Below are positions 38,201-50,099 of a stretch of DNA of 64,000 nucleotides, piece after piece (position 1 is the stretch's first letter; each line of letters opens with the position of its first letter). The stretch covers positions 124,001 to 188,000 of the forward strand of contig NW_026855312.1 in assembly GCF_026571515.1 (NCBI RefSeq), in the 5' to 3' direction. Under the pieces are notes generated by a model, which made no database searches, had not been told where the DNA came from, and saw nothing but the letters and a program-made list of their open reading frames with translations. Origin of the DNA: Ruditapes philippinarum (taxonomy: Eukaryota). A program made the translations under genes and the position numbers.

Positions 38201-41200
38201 TACCCTTTCTTTAAAGAACCTGCACGTCCCCATCCTGGTATATTAGGAGGAGCTCTAAATAACCATAGACATACAAGACAAACAAAAACAATCATAACTT
38301 GAGTTTCTCGCAGCCTATAATAACAGAAAAAAAACAACATACTGGTCAACTGAAGCCTTGAATGGGGTGGGGGAGATATGTGAATCATTTGTTAAAACAT
38401 GTATATCACGACTACAGCTTTTGATGACTATTTATCATACAGCATTTGATGACTTCTTTTCACACACTTTCTATTGAACTTTCTTACTTTTAAAGATTTT
38501 ATGTTTGGTAATAATCATCACTAAAAATGTTGATTTTTAATGTATTTTGCACTTAATTTCAATTTGAAAAGGAAGTTTTTTATACATTCAGTTAAAATAG
38601 ATAAAAATCCTTTAAAGTTCAACAATAAAATAATTATTTGAATAAAGTCTATGCAAATCCACGTTTTTAGATTGTAAGATCTATGGTCAAATTATGTCAG
38701 CTAATAAAACAAAACATCGGCTTTCCGTTTTCATACCCATTTTAACATGGTGTTCGCAATAAATTGAAGGGGAAGGGTGACAAAAGTTAAACAAGCAGTG
38801 ATTTGTAGTGCTATACTTTCTTCAGCTATATTGCACCGTCACGCAAAAATAAGTTACATAAAGGAAATTTCAACCACAATGTGCGTTTAAAAAATACGTA
38901 CGATGGTTTGCCGAGCTGTTTCAAATGAGTTTTAATCGTTCTATTTATAGCTGCTCTTTCTTCTGCATTTGCTTTCTTGCAGCATCTACAAGTAAACATA
39001 TTGATAAATTAGTTAATATGAATAAGATACTTTGAGTTGGAGAAGTAAGTAAGTATTTGAAATATCAGTCAACTGTAGTTGTATTTTGGTAAAGATATTA
39101 ATTCTAATACGTCCATTTTCTGATCAATATTAGATACATACCGGGACGCCGAAAATACAGAATTCATTCAAAAAATGATAATGAGCACTACATTTTGATG
39201 TTGAAGAACAAAGAAAGTTATTAGATAAAAGTCAATTAATGGATATTCTACGCAAGGTGAAATACAAGTACTTTCATGGAAAATTCAATATGTGCACAAT
39301 ATAGCAATCAGTACTGCGTGTGATGGCTGTTACTTGACGCAAACATTTATCGTTTATCAACTATATTTTCCTGGCCTCTTATACAAATGCTCTCTTTTCA
39401 TATATAATTAAATTACTGTACGTTCGTAATTTTAATTTGCATGATTTATACGAGTTAAATACACGGATACTGTCAATTTGTAAAAACAATTCTCATTTTT
39501 CCTCAAATAATGGAATTGTGCGGAATTATACGAGATCGTATAGATTCGTTATCAATATTTTGACAGCTTATATGGCAGTGTTAAAGTGGTTGTTGGTATT
39601 ATAACCCAATATAGATCGGGTTATATAAACTTACAACGTTTTATACCAGGTCATATAATTTCTTTATACAATTAAATGAAAGATGACATTACCCACAGCG
39701 TATGAAGAGTAGAATTAACCACAACCATGCAAACACCGCAGTGAATAAGGACAGAGGGAAACCGAAACCCATCCATTTTGCAAACGATATCTCGGACTCT
39801 TCGCCGGTGTACAATTTATACAACCTACAAATATACGAAAAAACAGTTCAATGAGTTAACCCTGAAGATAGTCCAAGTTAAGTTTACCCTGAAGTTCGCT
39901 CAATTTTTTCCGTAAGTTTAAAAATTACCTTTAATCTGTATTCATAGGGAACGAGCGATTGAAACTATGAATGAGAGAACATAAGCAAAGCCCTACATTT
40001 ACTTAGCAGTTCATAAATCATATAACATTATGGCCTTAATATACATATAATATACCTCATTTGCATTTCTAGATCTAATATGACGTCACCCAGTCCATAA
40101 ATCGCCTACAGACCGGCTACCCAGTCCATAATTCTTATATGGACTGGATGACGTTATATTAAATTTAGAAGGGCGTATGCAAATAAGGTATTATATTTCA
40201 ATGTGTTGATAAATGATTCCTTTTACTGAATTTATTGTAATGTCTCACATAAATTTATTACATGTTGATCAAAAGTCATGATTTGTCTTTAATTTAATTA
40301 TACAGATTGTGAAATTCTTTAAGTCCGGTTTTTTTTGCCTAGTAACATAAAATATTTATTTTGATTAAAAACAAAAATGGTATATTAAATAAGTGCATGA
40401 TTTTTTTGCTGCATCGCTTGAAAATAATAAAACAATCCGACTAGTGTTTAAGATATTTCACACTGAACAAATAAAATCATTATTTGAAAGCAAATTATAG
40501 TACAAATGACAACAACAAAAGGGATGTAAGGATTTAGATTCGGTATAATATAACAAATAAAGCATGGCCTTGAGAGCAATATGCAAGTTTACGACTGGTT
40601 GGTCAGACTTAGGAAGGTCTATGGCCCGAAGCCATTAATTATATATTGTGACGAGTTTTCTTTTCAAAACGAAAACATGCAGTCCAAATTTAAGACGATA
40701 AGAAGAGAAATATATGCTTACTTATCAGCCTCTTGTTTTAATACAAGATTCGGCGGGGTACCAGTCAGGGTGGCAATACCTCCAATATTTGCACCATAGG
40801 CTACACTCAAGGCAAAAGCTTTAGCAATGCGTCGAATTTCAGGACTACTGGACACTGGTTCTGAATTAGCCTCGCTTTCATCGCGCTCAACATTCTCTGT
40901 ATTTGTGGCATTGACCGTGTAGAAATGACTGCAATGATGTGTAAAAAAGTAATGTTAATAAGGCTTAAAGATATACTATGCTCATCGTTGAGTAAAATAG
41001 TTTAATGTTTAAAAGTCTTACCGAATATGTCTAATTTGATTAAAAGAATGAATGAATTATGTATTGGAAGCTGCTTTCCCTATTACATGTCAAGTAAAAG
41101 CTGTCTTTTCTTTAAAAACAAAAGTTTTTTAATTACAGTATATGTTCATATTGTAACCACCTACAGTGTGTAGAATTTAAATGCAACATATCTACTTTGT

Positions 41201-44200
41201 ATGCAGTTAAAAGATGTTTATTTCATATTTACAAAGAGACAGTGTAGCAATTATAAATATTTTCAAATACTAAATCTGAGCATAGTATATCTTCAATGGC
41301 AGAATGTTTTGTTTATTTATATATCTTTTTTTGTCTTTTCTTTAATAAAAGTGAGAAGAAGCAAGTATACGTATTGGTATTTCTCAATGGTTTATCTTCA
41401 AAATTAAAACATCGTATCAAACAAATTACAAGCCGTTGTTTCAGTGAGCAAGGAACGTTTCACTCATTGCTTAGTACTGGTTGGTTCCAGAAACCGATTC
41501 GAAAGTGTTTCAATAAGCTATTAGCTTCCAACACAATCGAACAAAAATATATTAGTTTACACTATGACAGAGTATCATTTCTGTCATAACCAGCCACACG
41601 GGAAATACTACATATGTTTATTTCTTTGCCCAAAGGGATACACTTTTTCATATTAATAAAATTTATATAATATATTTCATACCTTTTTGGATCCATTAAA
41701 TCACAGCCAATGTTACTCTCAGCCACGCCATTAAACTTTGTTTTATCTAAATCGTTGTTTGGAAGTGGGTCTTGTGTAACTTTGGAATCTTTTAATTGCA
41801 AATCACTAGCAGAATATACATCGCTTTCCGTATCAAACGATGACATGCCACTGGACATTTCGGTACTGGAACCAATTTCATATCCGGCATTTTCTTCACC
41901 AAGGTTATCTGATAAATTAAATGCATGTATATACATTTGTATTCTACTAGACGCAAATCTTGTTTTTACCGGTCACAGTTTTCTGTTACCGTAACGTGTA
42001 GCTATAACGGTAAAAGTTTGTTTGTACCGGGAAATTAGCATGGAAAATCCCACATTTGCCAACTTCCGGATAACATCCATTATAACGAAATAAATAAACA
42101 GTTATTGTTATGGGTAGTGTGTGAGATTAAGTCAATTGTGGTCAATATTAAAATTTTGACTATTGGCAGAAGATATATCCTTTTATTTGGCATGAATATT
42201 TTATATAAATTACTTGTTGAAAGGTTACAAAACATCACTCAATAGGGAATTCGAGGGCTGATCAGAGGGTTTGAATTATTTTGAGATATCCCTAATAATA
42301 ATATACAATCAATATTGTTCGGGTATCGATGAAACTATTTTTGTACACAGATATACAGGTTTTCTTTGCAATTACTATACGAGTAAATGTTGCCCTTTTT
42401 ACAAACAAGAAGAAAAGCAGGTACCCATTGCACTTTTTCGAACATCTTCCATGTTTTGTAAGATAGCCTGAATTATAGGAAGCATCATAGAGGTCGCTGC
42501 TGTATTGCTTATCCACATTGACAGGAACCACGTGGTCGCCATTAATCCCGCCATCAGGCTGAAATACCAATTTATATTAGAATATGTCCCATAAATTGAA
42601 TCAAGGTCGACTTGGTCTTACTTTTGTCCAATTCAGATGTCGTTGGTTTGATTAAGACACTGCCGCTGTTGGTATGATTCATAACATTATGTATTGAAAT
42701 ATTAACAAAACCTGTTCATAAGTTGAGAAATATATTCCTTATAGATTGCCCAAAACGGCAAAATTGAAAATGTTTTAGGCTTGGTTCGACTGAGCCTTTT
42801 TATAGACAGAAATGGTAAGTGCACGCTACCGTCCATGCCGCCCTGTAACCGTCTTTACCAGTATGCAACATTTAAATTGGAAAATGGTGGAATGATAATT
42901 TTTCGTTGAGTTTACTCTACAAACCATTGCATATTTGATAATTTCTTTTCCGTAATAGCCAAATTGTGGATTTGCCAGTTTTTAATGGCTGAAAAAGCAA
43001 TGGCCTAAAATGACATTATTTGCCAATCAAATTTGACCTACAATATTGGCTGGGCTCCGACTATCCTCATCACACCCAGTGATATTCGTATATGTAGCCC
43101 ACTTTCCTCTAGTGCCACGGCAACAATAAGTCCACCCAGAAATAGCATTGTGGTGTCCTGATGTATGAAAATCAATATATAAAATATATTTTGAACCGCT
43201 TTAATATTAATAAGATAAAACTCAGTTTAGCATAAAAATGAAATAGAAGTAAAATAAGAATTACAAAATATTAACATATATATCATTCAAAAAAAAGGTA
43301 TCGACAATGAAGTAAAAAGTAACCACAATGAAGAAAATAGTAACAACAATGAAGAAAAAAGTAACCACAATGAAGAAAATAGTAACAACAATGAAGTAAA
43401 AAAGTAATCACAATGAAGAAAATAGTAACGGCAATGATTAAAAAAGTAACCACAATGAAGAAAATAGTAACAACAATGAAGAAAAAAGTAACCACAATGA
43501 AGAAAATAGTAACAACAATGAAGAAAAAAGTAACCACAATGAAGAAAATAGTAAGACAATGCAGAAAAAAGTAACCACAATGAAGAAAATAGTAACGACA
43601 ATGCAGAAAAAAGTAACGGCAATGAAGAAAATAGTAAAAACAATGAAGAAAAAAGTAATCACAATGAAGAAAATAGTAACAACAATGAAGAAAAAAGTAA
43701 CCATAATGAAGAAAATAGTAACAACAATAAAAAAAGTAACCACAATGAAGAAAATAGTAACGACAATGCAGAAAAAAGTAACGGCAATGAAGAAAATAGT
43801 AACAACAATGAAGAAAAAAGTAACCATAATGAAGAAAATAGTAACAACAATAAAGAAAAAAGTAACCACAATGAAGAAAATAGTAACGACAATGCAGAAA
43901 AAAGTAACGGCAATGAAGAAAATAGTAACGACAATGAAGAAAAAAGTAACGACAATGCAGAAACTGTATGATTACGCATTTGTTCCTTGATAAACATCCG
44001 CTATTTTTGGTTTTCTACTTTAATATATACATGAACAGACGCAAAACTGTTGAGTTTTTAGATCTTTGTAAGTAAAAACACACTTTATTGAAAGGTTTGG
44101 AGCTTTTTTGTACTTTCTAACCCATTATAATCTGTACATTTTCAATGAGCATTTGAAAACTGTTTTGATATTATAACAGTGGCGTTTATCATTGATTCAT

Positions 44201-47200
44201 ATAGAAAAAAAATCAACTAAATTAGATATAACAGTTGACTTTTTTGCGCTTTGTATATAAGTGAAGTTTTAACACAGAGGTTTCAATGGGGCAGCTGGGA
44301 TACGAACGTTCACAGTAGCAGCAGAAAAAGAAAAAATATAAACAAAGATAGTTAAAGAAACGAAATTTATTCTCATATATACAACTGCTAAAAATTAAAG
44401 GGTAAATCAGCTGAATTAATCATTTTCACCAAAAAAAGCCCTTAAATCTTAAATCAACATTACTTTCTCAACAAGGTAAGTTTACAACCCGTCACTTAAT
44501 TAAACATTCGACGTTCTTAAGTGTTCAAGGGTTGTACATCTTTTTTATTCTCTTATTTTGGCGACGGCGACATTAGCTTGTATTGGGTCATTTTATATTG
44601 GGTTACAGAATATGTCATATATTAAGTGACAGGGCATAAGAGAGAGAGACAGAGAGAAGAGCACATAGTATTTTTCTTTCATTTTGTGCCGATTTATGTC
44701 AAAAATAATGAAATTGCGATAAAACAGCTATAATATATGAAACTCTTAAGTAACTGGGGAATAACACTGGCTGGGGCGACATCTCGGGATGTTTCTGCAA
44801 AAAATTGTCTCGGCCGGACGGCCTCGCCATTTATTTAGCAGAAACATCCCTCGGTGTCGCATATCCTCGTAACAACTCGTTTCATATAATATAATAACTA
44901 TAACATGACTGTTGTACCTTTATGTAAGAACTGCTGACATCGGCTGCTGGTAGGACTCCCATTAGTGGGAACAAGAACACTGGTATTAATGCAGTAACAG
45001 GTATTGGAATGGCCTCTGTCAACCATAATATCGCCATCACTGTTATCACGTACGCACATTTTGATTCCTTTAAACAATATAGAGCAAATATTTACTTCAT
45101 ACTGATACTTTTATTGATATGATCTAATTTGAAATCTATATGCAAATATACTCGAGCTAGTAAAAGCTCATACAGAATTGTGGTGCAAATTTAGTCACCT
45201 TAACACTGAAAAACAAAATACTACAAATCGAAAATTAGAAGGTGGGGCAACAGTTTTGATGTACGTGAACTTATCCAATACCCCAATAAGAGATTAAGTT
45301 TAAATAATATATTTTTATGACTTTGTCGGTTGATAGTTGATTTAGATAAACAACTTCAACCCATACAGTTGTTCAATTTAAGCCTTAATTGTGTTTTAGT
45401 GCTATAATGTCTCTAAGAGTTCAAAATTATTTGCCGACCAACGATATCGCCCCATTTCACATTAATCGTTAACACATACACATTTCGTCAATAAGCTCAT
45501 TTTTAATAATTATGTGTCCGGGACGAAATGCACGTATATGAACGGATTTAATCTTAATTGTTCAAATCTTACTTGCGAGGGTTTTACTGTTTGGTTCCCT
45601 ACCCAAGTGTTTAACAAACAGTATAAGAATAGCACTTCTGGGGTTTGTTTTTTTTTGCTTGGAAGATAAACATGGAGATAATAATTCTATCACTATTAAT
45701 TATACTTGAAAATTACAAACTTGTTTAATTGAATCTGTTCATAAGAGGTAATGAAAAGTCTCCCACGCCCCTAGCACCTGTGTAGCCTGTGTAAGTAGCA
45801 GTTAGACCTCACGACTAATTAATAAAAATGTTATTCTAGTTTGATTGTGATAAAAGCTGATATCTTATTTGTAACAATCTCGCCTCAGCTTCCTGGAACA
45901 ACAAGGACTTGCGTCATTTAAGGAAACATATTGTGACACTTGTAGGGTTCAAACCCAAGATCCCTGAGTTGAGATGCAGACAACTTAAGCATTAGGTCAT
46001 CTCTCCCTTCAAAATTATTTTTCAAGCTGAATAATTTCAGTGGACAAAGAGGTGAATGTCTATGTAAAACAACACACAAACATTTTAAAAAACTATTGAA
46101 TGAAAAAAAAAAAAAAATTCTACAAAACAACAATTTTTCTTCAAAATTATATGTAAGGCCATGTTTTAACATGGAAAAAACGCGATTGTGGATAACTTCA
46201 GGTATTTTCATCATTTTTTGTGAATGAAAAAAATTTAAAAAATTCTACAAAACAACAATTTTTCTTCAAAATTATATGTAAGGCCACGTTTTAACACGGA
46301 GAAACGCGATTGTGGGTAATTTAAGGTATTTTCATCACTTTTTGTTAACCCTTTACCTCATATATACGCGAAAAAACTTACTTTCGACCCCCTCTTTAAG
46401 GCCTCAAATAGTGAAAAAATGTCCTTTTTTGGCCCCAAACACATGTTTTCGTTTGGGAAATGTTGATAAAAAAGTAATCACTTTTTCGGCGCCGCCCCCG
46501 TCAAATTGGTACAAAAGGGAGTTGCCAGAAGGAGGATGTGCCCCCTTCTGTTTGGGGGATTTGAAGGGGGCGGCAGTCCCCCTCATCGCCAAGAGAATAT
46601 TTGACTTGTGAGAGGCCAAAAAAGACCCAAGGTCTATCATAAGGTAACGTGTAACCAACGCTGAAAAGCCTTTGAGTCTATCTCAGGCCTTTGAGAAGTT
46701 GCAGCACTTTGAAATCAATATTGATTGCAGAAATCAACAAAAAAAAATGATTTTTGGCAATTCTGAGATGTCCCCTCGTTGCCATGGTAACAGGAAATTT
46801 AAGACTGAGCATGTTGTTACAAAGGCAGGGGTCCAGTCAACATTTGGGCCAAGTTTGATTAGTATTGAAGCAGTTTTTGTAGTTTTATAGCAATCTGAAC
46901 TTGTAAAGGGATACTTTTCAACGAAAACAGCCATTTTTCACAAAATGTTCATGCAGAAATGGGTTAATCTAAGTTTAATATTAATAGAAAGTGTCGGAGC
47001 TACTATTGAAACCCATCCTTTTAGTAGAAATATTCACTGAAATAGTAATTAAAAGTCAAATAAGTCACAGAAAGTAACTTAAACTTGGATATTTAGCAGA
47101 TTATAGAATCTGTACTTTAGGTTTAAACACTCATAAGTACAGTAATGACTGTTTTGCAACGGCGGTCTACGTTTTTACCAATATGTGCCATTTATATACA

Positions 47201-49426
47201 GTACAGCAACGACGGTGTTTCTGTACGCCGTAGATAATCTTAGTACAATCTTTGAATGAAATATATCAGTCAGATTTCCAGCTCTTGTGACCGTGATGCA
47301 CTGATTACCAAGATCAGTATTTCAATAATAAGAATGTCATTTTCAGTTCAACACAGCAATTTTTGTTGCAAAAACCTGTTTATTAAACGCCGCATTAAAA
47401 ATAAAGCGAAAACTTTCACCGGTTGGAGATCATATTGTTAATGCTAAAGGATTTGGCTTTACTTCTTTAAGTCAAGTACGGTCAGCAGTTATCTGTTATG
47501 TGTGGTCCTATTTCTCCAGATGAAGCCAATTTTTCATTTGACCATGCACCATTTGTACATAGATTAAGCACATGTACATAAAGACGCAAATTAATAGCTT
47601 GAAAAAAAATCACAAAATTATCAATGACATTTTTTTAGTCAGAAAGAAATATCATGACCACGGATATGTATAGAATTCGTACAGCTTACTTGATATCGAA
47701 CTTTGATATATCTTGAAAAGGTCACAAAAACATTAAAAACATAAATTTAAGTTCAAGGTTTAACTTTACTGTACGAGGAGGGCATAAAAACATGCGTGTC
47801 AAATATCCAAGATGTCATACAACATGACAGGGCGTTGAACTTTGTCATATTTATTTTAATCTGTTCACGAGACCTTTTGCCCATTGTCCACAATAAAAGA
47901 ATTTGCTCGAGTGTTAAAGTAGACAATAGACATGCTAACATAAAGGTCAAATTGGTTTAACTTTTTTGTTATAAAAGCAATACTACGTGTATGTTTAAAA
48001 CTTATTGACAAACCATACAAAAACTGAAAAAATAAACCTATACTATTAACAGATCAAATTTATACAAATCTGCTTTTGCTTTTTTGGGTTAAAAAAGATG
48101 CACTAATCTTTTCACTTTATTAAAGAAAACATTTAAACTCTTTTCATTGTTATTAAAGCCTTTCTCGTAGTTTGTGAAATAAAATCCTGCGCAAAAAAGT
48201 AGAGTTGCCTGACCCCAAATACGGACACAATTTCATGCATATTTTCTTTTTGACCTAGATGAAGAATCGTTATGGAAATATAATGGAAGAAATTCCATAG
48301 TGCATATATATGCTTTAATTATAATTGTAAGATTTTCCTTAAAACTCAGACAATAAAATAGTCAATATGATGCTTTTTGTTTTAATTTTTGTATCATTTT
48401 TTTTGTGTAAACCACCTCACCTTACTTATACCGCAGTAAAAGTCTGCGCTTACACGTAAAAGTAAAATGACGTGACATTGCTGGTTCAGTGTTAAACAAC
48501 AAATAAGTAGAACATTCTTTAATAATAAGTTATAAGAAAATAGTGTACATGTGCTTCAAACGGTTTGTTGATGGATTTTACAACATTTATGTCCTCGTCA
48601 CATAATTGATATTAATTAACTATGTTGATGAAGTTTGACATGTAGCACACGCCACATTGTTGTACAAACTGTCTTCATCTCGTCATTCTTGTAATTCATT
48701 TCTTTCCATTTAGTGAAATGGCCCATATACGAGCGTTTTATACATTGATCAGTAAGTGTCAGTGAGTGTTCATCTTTATACATTTGCTTGCTTTTTTACG
48801 TGTAACTATACAATCAAATAATAACAGGCAATATTGATGTTAGTAGTATATCTGAGCTATTAAAAGAGGCTGTCACTTCTTCATCTCACGGCGTTCTTGC
48901 AATCATTTTATGACAATCGTGCGTTTTTACCTCTGATTAAAAACAATCAAAACGTTACAAGTTTTTTTGCACCAATTCGGCATGAAACGTAGTTTGATAA
49001 GCTTAAACCTGACACATGGATGTTAGGAAATAATCAATTTCATCTGACCAGTAACGGTATAATGTTATAATAAAATATCACATACGATTTAAATGCATAG
49101 GACTAGATGTCAAAATGCAAAACACAATTTTCAAATTAATCTGATTTTTTTGTTTATAATAATTAAGTGCTTATTCTTTACATTATTTAAGACAGTAACA
49201 CGCCACCATTCGGTTTACAATGCACTTTTAAATAATTCTAATATATTATTCCAATCGTTTATGACGTGATTTCTACGAATAACAGTTATTATAATGTATG
49301 CATAAAACATTTACTTACACTTTCAAAGTCCGATGGATAATTTATCACTAAGCTGATAGGTAGCAGGAATGCTAGCAATGGTACAAATAATGGTTTTAAT
49401 GTCCAAATATGCTTCAAATAATTCAT
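35290..49426 (-). CDS. SLC13: SLC13/DASS-family Na+-dicarboxylate cotransporter, gene B (paralog of A), 14 coding exons, ~636 aa
   Basis: Exons 5'->3': 49426-49319, 45067-44918, 43157-43042, 42558-42425, 41908-41683, 40928-40722, 39824-39693, 38985-38902, 38314-38204, 37623-37529, 37416-37307, 36508-36347, 35940-35803, (gap)35414-35290 (TAG). Same intron phases as gene A. Motifs [47 protein letters not shown]. Confidence 0.95.
35415..35549. other. Assembly gap (135 N) covering the acceptor and first codons of gene B exon 14
   Basis: Run of N; alignment to gene A exon 14 suggests ~13 coding nt are hidden. Confidence 0.95.
40046..40197. mobile_element. Small palindromic MITE-like element
   Basis: Imperfect inverted arms ATACCTCATTTGCAT...TGACGTCACCCAGTCCATA / TATGGACTGGATGACGTTA...ATGCAAATAAGGTAT. 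Confidence 0.6.
43304..43962. repeat. 21-bp minisatellite (~31 copies) in gene B intron 2
   Basis: Unit ACAATGAAGAAAA(T/A)AGTAAC(C/A/G); it accounts for the repetitive ORFs on both strands. Confidence 0.95.
44733..44889. mobile_element. Small palindromic MITE-like element beside gene B exon 2 donor
   Basis: TATATGAAAC..GCGACATCTCGGGATGTTTCTGC / GCAGAAACATCCCTCGGTGTCGC..GTTTCATATA. Confidence 0.6.
46097..46343. repeat. ~125-bp tandem duplication
   Basis: AAATTCTACAAAACAACAATTTTTCTTCAAAATTATATGTAAGGCCA...CGCGATTGTGG...GGTATTTTCATCA occurs twice. Confidence 0.85.
46348..46962. mobile_element. Possible piggyBac-like non-autonomous element
   Basis: GC-richer block bounded by TTAA|CCCTTTACCTCAT and ATGCAGAAATGGG|TTAA; TIR match is imperfect. 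Confidence 0.35.
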
Positions 49427-50099
49427 ATTTTACATTCGTCTGATTTTCAAATTTAAAATTTAATTGACAGCGTGTAATTTTATCCTTTTTTACTGTTTGC
49501 TTTAAACACCAGCAATGCGCATTTTGATTAAAGTAAAACCAAATAAACGCTAGTCTTATTCCGTTCTACTTGAATTCGCACCGTCTTATGATTGTATTGT
49601 TAATTAGTTAAAAGCATCATTTTTTATGTTTGATTACCAAACTTCACTGAATAACGGATGTACACCGTAATATGTAGACCGGAACAGGTTAACCTTTGTA
49701 AACCGTATACAGGTTTATAGAAGTAAAAAAACAGAAGTATGCGTTAGTCGTGAATAATTTATTCAGTCATTTAGATCTACCTTTCTTTACACTTTTCCAC
49801 AAATAACTTTTATAGAAATTCGATATTTGGTATAGCAGTAAAAGCAACAAAAACATATTAAAAGAATAAAATAAAATAAATGAATAAATAAATAAATAAT
49901 AATAATAATAATAAAAATATGGATTAAATTATTGATGTTTACTAATCTAATATTGTATACGTTAAATCAAGGTTCACTCGTTAAAAAGGGAGGAGACTCT
50001 TTAGATTCTTTATTTGGTATTGAACAAAGTAAAATTTTAGAATGACAAAACAGTTAATGTAAGACTGTTTATTTTTTATACATACGAGATCTGATTTAG

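Noticed and set aside
43283-43997. Five overlapping ORFs (MKKIVTT / LLFSSLW repeats)
   Set aside because: By-product of a 21-bp minisatellite inside an intron; no splice or homology support.
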